Source: Thermoproteota archaeon (GTDB lineage: Archaea > Thermoproteota > Thermoprotei > Thermofilales > B9-G17). Taken from it: DNA of 64,000 bases. Of this stretch, positions 33,461-41,710 are shown one piece after another (the stretch's first letter is position 1; each line of letters opens with the position of its first letter). The position numbers and the translations under genes were made by a program. The notes under the pieces are model-generated. The model did no database searches. It saw only the letters and a list, made by a program, of their open reading frames with translations, and was not told where the DNA came from. Location: NCBI GenBank assembly GCA_029258885.1, contig JAPDJW010000001.1, positions 160,001-224,000 of the forward strand. The letters are read 5' to 3'.

Positions 33461-34444
33461 CTACAGGGGTTTGGCGTAAATGCCTAATTTAGAGTTTATA
33501 TAATCTGCGAAAGCTTTTGTAAAACCGTATACTGTATACACCTCTTCAGCTCCACTCTTTTCAACATACTCTAGCAGTTGACTGAAATCGACGTGGCTTG
33601 ATAGGGGATAAGCATTAGACTTATTCCATCTAATGCTCCACCCAGTACATACGATAGCTGGCTCCAGCTTTGCGTTAAGAGATAAATTCAACGGAATCAG
33701 ATGAATGCCTCTAGGCTTTCCAGGGATATATTTACTAGTACTGATGTAGCTACCCAGAGGCGGACCATATTTCTCATGTATTAAATTGTACAGGTATACT
33801 GCTGGATGAACTACAACGGGCATACCTATCCTAGAGACAGAAAGAAGGAAAGTTAATTCTTGAAGAGTGCCGAGGCTCCTCCCACCCACGTAAACCACGT
33901 CATACATATCCATTAAACCGACAATATTTTCCAGGATCTCACAGTATAATTTCCTTCTATCAGGAAAGATATAGCTCGGTAAACCATACGTGGATTCTAT
34001 AATTAAGACATCGCCTTTAAGAATTCTAGCTTTCTCCAACACCAATCTTTTGCTTAAATTAACATCGCCAGTATATACTATTGAATCCTTAAAGTTAAGC
34101 CTAAATTGGAGGGAGCCTATACAGTGACCTGCATTATATGCCTCCAAGTAGATTCCATTTACCTCACCGCAAAATCCATCCTCTACATCAACAACTTCTC
34201 TAAGCTTAACGTCATGTTTCTTTTCAATAATCTCTCGAGTAGCCCTACTCATTACCTTGGGAACCTTACGTATAGCTCTCAACGCCCTAATACTGTAGTG
34301 ATCACTATGAGCATGTGATAAAAGAACAAGATCAGGCTTAACGTTTGGAATAGATTTAGGATCAGCTAAAATGCATCTATCAGCGATTCTAATAAGTATT
34401 CCACCGTTGTATTCGACGTTAACCTTTTTACGCTCCAACATCAT
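33461..34444 (-). CDS. MBL-fold (beta-CASP-like) nuclease, ligase-associated exonuclease type
   Basis: SHAHSDH, AGHCIGS, YTGD, IESTYG and LSSHVDF motifs. Confidence 0.8.
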   Translation of the reverse strand: MMLERKKVNVEYNGGILIRIADRCILADPKSIPNVKPDLVLLSHAHSDHYSIRALRAIRKVPKVMSRATREIIEKKHDVKLREVVDVEDGFCGEVNGIYLEAYNAGHCIGSLQFRLNFKDSIVYTGDVNLSKRLVLEKARILKGDVLIIESTYGLPSYIFPDRRKLYCEILENIVGLMDMYDVVYVGGRSLGTLQELTFLLSVSRIGMPVVVHPAVYLYNLIHEKYGPPLGSYISTSKYIPGKPRGIHLIPLNLSLNAKLEPAIVCTGWSIRWNKSNAYPLSSHVDFSQLLEYVEKSGAEEVYTVYGFTKAFADYINSKLGIYAKPL

Positions 34445-34463
34445 TTCACTCTAGGATGATATA

Positions 34464-34856
34464 GTGGAGGAAATCGACGCCTACGTCAAGCTACATATAT
34501 CTCACATAGACGTTAATAAAGTTTTAAAGAATGGAAGCCAAGCGAAGCTAGTTCTAGGTAATGTTGCAATTAGGAAAGTAAGGTTATATGGTAGAGTACT
34601 GGAAATACGTAGATTTAGAAAGTTTTCTGATGTATTAATTGACGATGGGTCAGGGAACATAACGTGTCGAATATGGGAAGGAACGAGGATGCCCGAGCTT
34701 AAAGAAGGAGATCTAGTCGATGTATTTGGTCAGATAAGGCTCTATAATGAAAATCTATACGTAAAAACAGATATCATAAGGAAGATTAATGAGGAGTTCG
34801 TGAAACTGAGAGAAGCTGAAATCAAGCTAACAGAACTAATTCTTTTCAAACGCTAG
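34464..34856 (+). CDS. OB-fold nucleic-acid-binding protein (RPA32/Stn1-like)
   Basis: VRLYGRV...IDDGSGNITCRIW...GDLVDVFGQI pattern typical of RPA2-type OB folds. Confidence 0.7.
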   Translation: MEEIDAYVKLHISHIDVNKVLKNGSQAKLVLGNVAIRKVRLYGRVLEIRRFRKFSDVLIDDGSGNITCRIWEGTRMPELKEGDLVDVFGQIRLYNENLYVKTDIIRKINEEFVKLREAEIKLTELILFKR

Positions 34857-34895
34857 CTATTTAACGGCAAGTCACTATATTACTGTCAGATAGAT

Positions 34896-35201
34896 ATGCC
34901 TAAAAAATCCCGTAAGGAGCAGCCAATAGATCTAACAAGTTTTTTCGTAGAGGAAAAGGAGGAGGTTCCAAAGCCTTCTAAGACTGCCGAGGAAAGGGAT
35001 GTAAGTGAAGCTGCTAGGAGAGTGGAGAGCTATATTAAGACAAATAGAACAGTTTTAAAGTCCACGCTCTATAAGTGGGCCGTAAAGAACAATATCTCGC
35101 CGCAGGAGCTTTATTTATCACTAAAACAACTTATTAAAGAAGGTAAAATAAAGAAAATATTTGACCATGCTAGAGAGGAGATAGCATATATGTATGTTTA
35201 A
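34896..35201 (+). CDS. Hypothetical protein, probable C-terminal winged helix
   Basis: Disordered N-terminus (DLTSFF), then helix-helix-helix-wing pattern (ELYLSLKQLIKEGKI...IAYMYV). Confidence 0.65.
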   Translation: MPKKSRKEQPIDLTSFFVEEKEEVPKPSKTAEERDVSEAARRVESYIKTNRTVLKSTLYKWAVKNNISPQELYLSLKQLIKEGKIKKIFDHAREEIAYMYV

Positions 35202-35214
35202 CTGAGGTGGTGTC

Positions 35215-35475
35215 ATGACGTATAGAGATTACCTTAAGGTTGAGGATATAGACGACTTTTTAAAGATAGCGGAGAAATGTGATGTAATCCTTAGAATTGA
35301 TCCATTCCTCATAGTGAACTTCTATGGAACGATGTTCTATATAGACCTAGGTGAAATAGAGGAGGACATGGTTAAAAGGGTAATTTCGGGACTAAAGGCG
35401 AAAATAGTAAATATAAGGGAGACTAAATCATATAAATCGGTAAGCGAATTCTACTTGAAGGAAACACAAGCTTAA
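35215..35475 (+). CDS. Hypothetical protein
   Basis: 86 aa with a GAGGTG SD before the ATG; co-oriented. Confidence 0.75.
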   Translation: MTYRDYLKVEDIDDFLKIAEKCDVILRIDPFLIVNFYGTMFYIDLGEIEEDMVKRVISGLKAKIVNIRETKSYKSVSEFYLKETQA

Positions 35476-35507
35476 TATAATCTACTGAACAAAAGGCTAT
35501 AGTAGCG

Positions 35508-36239
35508 GTGGAAGATGTGCATATAAGCTATCAAAAATATGGCTATTACATAGGATACGAGGACTATGTCCTCATCAGCTGGTTTTCGGAGCTAATCAAA
35601 AGCGTCCTTCCTTCTGTAAGTGAGGGCGAGATAAACATAATGTCTAGCGTAGCGCTTACAGACTTTAAGAACTGGGTTAAATATAAGAGGCTTATTTTAG
35701 GAGAAAAAGGAGCCGATGAAAAAGTAGATGCTCTTATCTCATGGCTAATAGATAATCAGCCCAATGAATTGAAGAAAATAATGAGAGAGTGGCTTGAAAG
35801 CTGGCTACTTAAATGGCGACAGAGAGTTAAGATAATATTTGATGAGAACGAGGATACAAAGCAAGCAAAGAAGATTTTCGCTAAAACCAATAACGTATGG
35901 CGTAAAATACCCTATAAGGATGAGTTAAAGGAAATAATCATTGGATCGCTAATTAGTGTGGGTGAGATTTGTTTCACAGAGGTTATATCAGAAAGCATAC
36001 TGAGGGGGGAATTGAATAAATATATGAATTACGTTAAGGATGAGGATAAGCTTTTAGAAATCTTAAGCAAAAATTCCATCCTGATACTTAAGGATGCCAT
36101 GCGTAATGTAAAGAGGATTACCCGCATAAAGGGACCGCTAATTGTAGTACGCGTAGATACTAGTGTCCTTAAAACGGAGGAGGATGAGAGTAGAGGACAA
36201 AATAAAGGCAGTAGATGGCGATGGAATATATCCTTCTAG
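35508..36239 (+). CDS. Hypothetical helical, Trp-rich protein
   Basis: 243-aa ORF with WLESWLLKWRQRVK; directly upstream of rnhB. Confidence 0.75.
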   Translation: MEDVHISYQKYGYYIGYEDYVLISWFSELIKSVLPSVSEGEINIMSSVALTDFKNWVKYKRLILGEKGADEKVDALISWLIDNQPNELKKIMREWLESWLLKWRQRVKIIFDENEDTKQAKKIFAKTNNVWRKIPYKDELKEIIIGSLISVGEICFTEVISESILRGELNKYMNYVKDEDKLLEILSKNSILILKDAMRNVKRITRIKGPLIVVRVDTSVLKTEEDESRGQNKGSRWRWNISF

Positions 36240-36249
36240 CTGTGGAAAG

Positions 36250-36915
36250 ATGTTTATAGCTGGCATAGATGAAGCTGGACGAGGACCAGTAATAGGGCCG
36301 ATGGTTGTAGCGTTAGTACTAGTCGATGAAAATGGAGAATTTTTACTCAAAAGAATTGGTGTAAAGGATTCTAAAACTCTTTCTAAAATGCAAAGACTTA
36401 GATTATCGAAAAGCATTCAAGTAATATGTAGGCAAGTTATAGTAGAAGTAGTTCAGCCGTCAGAGATAGATTCAGCCGTATACGGTAGAACCGCAAAAAA
36501 CCTTAATGATCTTGAGGCGAGAATTGCTGCACGTTTAATAGACAAGATAACGTTTACCCCGTGCAACGTATACGTAGATTCTCCGGACGTAAACACCATT
36601 AGGTATCGTAATACAATAATGAAATATCTATCCAGGGACGACATTGAAATAATAGTTGAGAATGATGCCGATAAGACGTATCCCGTTGTCTCGGCGGCAT
36701 CAATTATAGCGAAGGTTAAAAGAGATAGCATAATTGAGGAACTGAAAAAAGTATATGGCGATTTTGGCTCAGGTTATCCTTCCGACCCTAAAACGAGAGC
36801 TTTTCTACGTAATATAATAAAAGGCAGACGCATACCACCTATCGTTAGACGATCATGGAAAACGTTCAGGAATATTGTGAAGCAAAAACCAAGCGGATAC
36901 AATGTAGTTATATAA
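36250..36915 (+). CDS. rnhB: Ribonuclease HII
   Basis: GIDEAGRGPVIGP, VKDSK, AASIIAKV and GSGYPSDP motifs. ATG at 36250; the track's 36163 start overlaps the upstream gene. Confidence 0.96.
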   Translation: MFIAGIDEAGRGPVIGPMVVALVLVDENGEFLLKRIGVKDSKTLSKMQRLRLSKSIQVICRQVIVEVVQPSEIDSAVYGRTAKNLNDLEARIAARLIDKITFTPCNVYVDSPDVNTIRYRNTIMKYLSRDDIEIIVENDADKTYPVVSAASIIAKVKRDSIIEELKKVYGDFGSGYPSDPKTRAFLRNIIKGRRIPPIVRRSWKTFRNIVKQKPSGYNVVI

Positions 36916-37067
36916 AATCTTCCTTTTCTCTTCGACTAAATATAACGTAGCCTTAGCTTTTACATATAGAAAGGTTTGTTTTCAGATTTTTCTATTAAAA
37001 GTTTATTTCTCTGAGATAAGTTTTATATTCCAATTAAATGTTTTTCAATAACGAGTAGGGTGTAATT

Positions 37068-38663
37068 ATGCCTGTAGATATTTATGCAAATAAAAAATCA
37101 AGTACCGGAACTAAAACTAGGGTTCCCGATGTAAGCCCCTTTAGCGGCATGTGCCCCCTCTGTATCGAGGATTGCCCGGTTCTATGTGAAATAGGCTTAT
37201 CCGCTATAAGAGGTAGGGAAGTAGTTTATCCGATTCCTGACTATTTCGGAAAAAGCACGGCTGCATCAAACAAGGACTACGGGCTGGATTGGTCTCACTT
37301 CAATATACACGCTGAGTTAAGGGGAGCTAGAGGCATAGCCGAAGACTCCGACATAGCGATATTTCCCAACGTCTCTGTTGAGACAAAAATAGGCGGCATA
37401 CCACTTAAAGTACCATTCCTAGTGGCAGCCCTAGGATCAACAGCCGTAGCTAAGAGAAACTGGGATTCACTAGCCATTGGAACAGCTATATCCGGCACAA
37501 TAATGACCATAGGAGAAAACGTGGTTGGAATGGATCCTGAAGCCAAATTTGATGCAAACGGTAAGGTCATAGACACAGTCGACTTGAAGTACAGAGTTGA
37601 AAAGTACAGAGAGTTCTGGGATGGAAAATATGGAGAAATAATTGTACAGACAAACGTTGAAGACCAGAGGCTAGGAGTAGACATCTACGCTCTAACAAAG
37701 CTGGAGGTAAATGCAATCGAGAGAAAGTGGGGTCAAGGAGCTAAAGCCATTGGAGGAGAAGTAAGAATACGAGATCTAAAGAAGGCTATAATGCTAAAGA
37801 AGAGAGGATACATAGTAATACCCGACCCCGAGGATCCAGCGGTCCAGGAAGCATTTAGAGACGGCATAATAAAGTCATTTGAGAGACATAGCAGAGTTGG
37901 TATGCCAAGAGCGAGAGACTTCGTGGAGGATGTCGAGTGGTTAAGGGAGCATGGAGCAAAGTACGTTACACTAAAAACTGGAGCATACAGGCCAGCAGTA
38001 GTAGCATGGACATTAAAAGTAGCTTCTGAGGCAAGAGTAAACTACGTAACCTTCGACGGTGCAGGCGGAGGAACAGGAATGAGCCCCGTACCCATGATGC
38101 AGGAGATGGGCATACCTACTGTATACCTAGAATCGATAGTGCTGAAATGTATCAGGATAATGGATAAGAAGGGAATGTACATCCCAGACATAGCTATGGC
38201 TGGCGGCTTCGTCAATGAGACACAAGTATTCAAGGCCATAGCATTAAGCAACTTCGGGCAGGGCCCATACGTTAAGGCTATCTCAATGGCTAGAGCACCC
38301 CTTGCTGCAGTGTTTAAAGCAAAGTACTTTGCCGAACTCGCTAAAAGCGGGAAACTGCCACCTGCATTCGCCAAGAAATACGGAAGCGATCCAGAAAAGT
38401 TCTTCGTTGCACTACATGAATTAAAGCGCATCTATGGAGAGAGAGTAAAGGACATACCATACGGCGCCGTAGGACTATACAGCTACTTCGACAAAATGGC
38501 GTTCTCTCTCAAGCAGCTAATTGCTGGATGCAGAAAATGGAGACTAGACTTAATCAGCAGAGACGATCTCTTTGCACTAACTGAGAGGGCAGCAAAGGTC
38601 ACAGGTCTACCACTACCTGAGGAAGCAGACGCTGACGCAATAGAGGAAATACTTGGACACTAA
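37068..38663 (+). CDS. FMN-binding glutamate-synthase-family protein (stand-alone FMN domain)
   Basis: CPLCIEDC Cys cluster, ERKWGQGAKAIGGE, LKTGAY, DGAGGGTGMSP and AMAGG motifs. Confidence 0.85.
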   Translation: MPVDIYANKKSSTGTKTRVPDVSPFSGMCPLCIEDCPVLCEIGLSAIRGREVVYPIPDYFGKSTAASNKDYGLDWSHFNIHAELRGARGIAEDSDIAIFPNVSVETKIGGIPLKVPFLVAALGSTAVAKRNWDSLAIGTAISGTIMTIGENVVGMDPEAKFDANGKVIDTVDLKYRVEKYREFWDGKYGEIIVQTNVEDQRLGVDIYALTKLEVNAIERKWGQGAKAIGGEVRIRDLKKAIMLKKRGYIVIPDPEDPAVQEAFRDGIIKSFERHSRVGMPRARDFVEDVEWLREHGAKYVTLKTGAYRPAVVAWTLKVASEARVNYVTFDGAGGGTGMSPVPMMQEMGIPTVYLESIVLKCIRIMDKKGMYIPDIAMAGGFVNETQVFKAIALSNFGQGPYVKAISMARAPLAAVFKAKYFAELAKSGKLPPAFAKKYGSDPEKFFVALHELKRIYGERVKDIPYGAVGLYSYFDKMAFSLKQLIAGCRKWRLDLISRDDLFALTERAAKVTGLPLPEEADADAIEEILGH

Positions 38664-38899
38664 ACTCGTCTATCTTTTTTCACAACTTCTAAATAATCAT
38701 AGATGATTCCCTTTTTGACCATTTCTTCATAAACACGCCATATACGTTTAGCCGTCAGAAGATATGTGCAAAAGCCTTTTTCTTCGAGGACTTCTCTAAC
38801 CTCATCGCAAAAGTCGATAGGCCTAACTAAGGGATTAGTATTAATAGTTTCAACTATAGCTTGCCTAATATCGCTGGTTCTCGGGTAGGGTTTCTTCAG
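38660..38899 (-). CDS. Small hypothetical protein (79 aa) absent from the ORF track; probable CTG start
   Basis: Hand translation: LKKPYPRTSDIRQAIVETINTNPLVRPIDFCDEVREVLEEKGFCTYLLTAKRIWRVYEEMVKKGIIYDYLEVVKKDRRV*. AGGTGA SD lies 6 nt before the CTG, with an in-frame TGA just upstream. Confidence 0.75.
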   Translation of the reverse strand: MKKPYPRTSDIRQAIVETINTNPLVRPIDFCDEVREVLEEKGFCTYLLTAKRIWRVYEEMVKKGIIYDYLEVVKKDRRV

Positions 38900-38945
38900 G
38901 AAAACTCACCTAAATCTTAAATATGTATCCTGGATATATGATTAT

Positions 38946-39006
38946 TGTGTGATGACTAGGAGGTGATCTCGGACAGGAGGGATGAAGACCTCCACCGCTC
39001 TGATAA
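38946..39006 (+). ncRNA. Candidate C/D box guide sRNA; D' guide complementary to the 16S 3' end
   Basis: C GTGATGA (38949), guide CTAGGAGGTGATCT, D' CGGA (38970), C' ATGAAGA (38982), guide CCTCCACCGCT, D CTGA (39000). Confidence 0.7.
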
Positions 39007-39037
39007 AGTATTTTAAGGATATCAACGTTTTCCTCTA

Positions 39038-39093
39038 ACAGATGAAGAGCTGACTGAGCACCGATGAATGAGGAAACGAACCCGGGCAGATTC
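39038..39093 (+). ncRNA. Candidate C/D box guide sRNA (second in tandem)
   Basis: C GATGAAGA (39041), guide GCTGACTGAGCA, D' CCGA (39061), C' TGAATGA, guide GGAAACGAACCCGGG, D CAGA (39087). Both D boxes are degenerate. Confidence 0.5.
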
Positions 39094-39188
39094 TCTCCAT
39101 TAATTTTACCAACTAAACTAAGTATTTATTGAAGAAGAGGTAAATTTTTATTGGAGTTGTTTTAGAGCTGGGTTTTATATATTGAAAT

Positions 39189-41666
39189 TTACTTCGTTAA
39201 TTTTTCGATGCAGTTTAGGCAAACATATTTTTTCTTGAATAAAAAGCGTTTTTCAACGCAACAGTCTCTACAAGTGGTTTTTCCACATTCAGAGCACTTG
39301 TATGCATGCATCTTACATACGGTTTCTCCGCAGATATAGCAGCTAATGGTATGATTATCGCATACAGGGGAGAAGCATTCGCTACATAGGGGAATTCTTC
39401 TGCTTCCTGTAACAACGGGTATGCCGCATACAATGCACCTTCCAGCGTATATATATCCTCGCTTCTTCTCGATGAAAACGGTACTCTTTAGGCCGTGTCT
39501 AGACACTTTCATTAAGGAGCCTTTGCCCTTTTCGAATTTTATATTGTTTATCTTAAATATTGGTCTAATAAAAATGTAGTTGAGTGGTCTCTTTAGATAT
39601 GGTTCGTACTTCCTCCTTATGTTATCGGCTAGGATAGGGTATCTACTTACCATTTCCTCGGCTTCCAATATCTGTGCTAATTTCCTCTTTAATGTTCTTC
39701 TATGTTTCTTTAGTTCGAGGAGATATTTTCTGCTGTATCCTTTATGCTCGATGAGACTTAGCCTTCGCCTTCTACCTCTTTTCCCTATTTTTTCCTCTAT
39801 TCTCTCTATTTCCTTCTCCAGTTTAGCTAGTTCACTGATTATCATGTTCTTCCGGGGGATTACGTTGTATTTATAATGGTTAATTCTACTCTCCAGTCTC
39901 CTCAGCTCCTTCTCCATTTTCAGTAAAATTTTCTCCTTAACTTTCTCGGCCAGCTCCTTCTCGTTATCCGGTGAAACAGAGGCTATTTTGACAACATCCG
40001 AGTAAACGATTTTCTCTAATACTATATCTTCAAGGAGCTTTCTAATAACGGATCGTGTTAGTTCCTTCTTCTTAGTGACCTTAAATGGCTTTTCATCTAT
40101 GAAGATAACCATGTAGTCAGGGACTAAGGGATGAATAACTACTCTAATCTTCCGCTTCAATTTCTTCTCGATCTTTCCGATCGGTGGAATATCGGCTACT
40201 ACTATTTCCTCAACGTTAGCAATCCACCTAGATACCGTGGATGATTTAACGCTTAAAACATCATACCTTCCTAAAGGTATGTATGTTTTCTGTTTAACCT
40301 CCGTATCCCTAGGAGGCTTATATTCAGGCAGCTTTATTTCACGTTTATATTTGGCACATACAAGCTTTATCTCATCGGCTGTTAAGGCGCCTCTGTGATA
40401 TGTCAGCAACCACCTAGGCCTAATCAATACAGTTTTTCCTTCATCGTAATTATGGTACAGGAATTCTAGGGTCTTTAGTTTGGCTAATATTCCGCCTGAA
40501 TTATCCAGCTCCAATCCGCTTCTCACTTTAGCTATATCCTGTTTAGTAGCTAATCGCCCTATGAATCTATTTGCAGCGTTTGATAGAACCTTGTAATCCA
40601 CATCGACCGGATTTTGTGTTGCGAGTATTATTCCAAGGCCGAAGGCTCTGGCCTGCTTTATCAGCATTAGTAGGGCGCGTTTTGAGGGAGGAGCTTGTAC
40701 AGGAGGTACGTATCCGACAACCTCATCGAAGACTAGCAGGTATTTTAGTCTATTAGTACCTTCTTTCTTTAACATCCAGCTATATAGACAGTTAAGTAAT
40801 ATTCCAACGAAGAAGTGTTTTTCGCTTTCGGTAGGTATCCATCTCAAGTCTATAACTGATATTGTTTTAGGCTCAAATAATCTATCCATATCTAGTTTTT
40901 CGCCGAAAAACCACGCCTTAAAACTTGGATAAGAAATTAGTAGGTTTAAGTCCCTAGCCAGTTTCCTACGTTCCTTCGAGGAAATGAACTCATCGATATT
41001 TAAGCTTCCCATCTTACTAATACTAGGATTCCTAACCTCCTCTATCAATTGTTCAATGCTTATACCTTCTCCTCTAGCCCATTTCTCATTTATTATGCTT
41101 GATAATAGTGCCAGTTCTCGCCTCCTCTTTTCTGAGTAGCCAATTAGTCTCAGAATGCTTAAAGCTGTAGATTCGAGCAGTTCATATGCGGATGATGGGT
41201 CTTCCTTAAGTAAGGTATCGTAGTTATATGGAGGATCAAATGACGGAGATATAGATAAGGGTATGCCTAAATTGCTTCTCGGAGTATATATCTTCACCCT
41301 AATATTTTCGGAAAATTCCTTTACATTGATTAGATCTAAGTTATATTGCCTAAGCTTTTTAGAATACTCCCTTAAAAGCTCGCGATCATATACTTCAGGA
41401 TCTAGACCACGTGCCCTAGCCTCTGCATCACACCAAGGTCTAAAACTTTCATAGCATGCCAAAGCCAGGGTTGTCATATCGCCCTTAGGATCAAGAACAA
41501 CTACAGGTATTCCAGCTAATGCAGCGTCTTCAATTATTGCTTTCGAGAGAACGGTTTTTCCTGATCCAGTAGCGCCAAGAATAACCGCATGTTTAATGAA
41601 TTTATCTCTATCGACCGAAAAATCATGTCCTTCGATTGTTTTACCTAGGATAAACTCTGAAGACAT
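39189..41666 (-). CDS. HerA/FtsK-superfamily ATPase (DUF87/DUF853-like) with coiled coil and C-terminal Cys/His zinc fingers
   Basis: HAVILGATGSGKT, LDPKGD, LLVFDEV, LIKQARAFG, ATQNPVDVDYK and RFIGRL motifs; tail CxxC-x13-CxxC-x4-CxxH plus further repeats. Confidence 0.85.
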   Translation of the reverse strand: MSSEFILGKTIEGHDFSVDRDKFIKHAVILGATGSGKTVLSKAIIEDAALAGIPVVVLDPKGDMTTLALACYESFRPWCDAEARARGLDPEVYDRELLREYSKKLRQYNLDLINVKEFSENIRVKIYTPRSNLGIPLSISPSFDPPYNYDTLLKEDPSSAYELLESTALSILRLIGYSEKRRRELALLSSIINEKWARGEGISIEQLIEEVRNPSISKMGSLNIDEFISSKERRKLARDLNLLISYPSFKAWFFGEKLDMDRLFEPKTISVIDLRWIPTESEKHFFVGILLNCLYSWMLKKEGTNRLKYLLVFDEVVGYVPPVQAPPSKRALLMLIKQARAFGLGIILATQNPVDVDYKVLSNAANRFIGRLATKQDIAKVRSGLELDNSGGILAKLKTLEFLYHNYDEGKTVLIRPRWLLTYHRGALTADEIKLVCAKYKREIKLPEYKPPRDTEVKQKTYIPLGRYDVLSVKSSTVSRWIANVEEIVVADIPPIGKIEKKLKRKIRVVIHPLVPDYMVIFIDEKPFKVTKKKELTRSVIRKLLEDIVLEKIVYSDVVKIASVSPDNEKELAEKVKEKILLKMEKELRRLESRINHYKYNVIPRKNMIISELAKLEKEIERIEEKIGKRGRRRRLSLIEHKGYSRKYLLELKKHRRTLKRKLAQILEAEEMVSRYPILADNIRRKYEPYLKRPLNYIFIRPIFKINNIKFEKGKGSLMKVSRHGLKSTVFIEKKRGYIYAGRCIVCGIPVVTGSRRIPLCSECFSPVCDNHTISCYICGETVCKMHAYKCSECGKTTCRDCCVEKRFLFKKKYVCLNCIEKLTK

Positions 41667-41710
41667 GACTTTTCTAAGTTCTTTCTCGGTGAACGTATAT
41701 TAGCATATCC

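Noticed and set aside
39038-39093. Hammerhead ribozyme (CTGA...GAAAC)
   Set aside because: The core reads CTGACTGA rather than CUGANGA, and the required stems are absent. A C/D layout fits better.
39189-41666. Canonical HerA of the HerA-NurA repair operon, or VirB4/CedB partner of the pilin at 58394
   Set aside because: No nurA, mre11 or rad50 neighbours, and the motifs fit the DUF853-like clade. It lies 17 kb from the pilin with no linking evidence.
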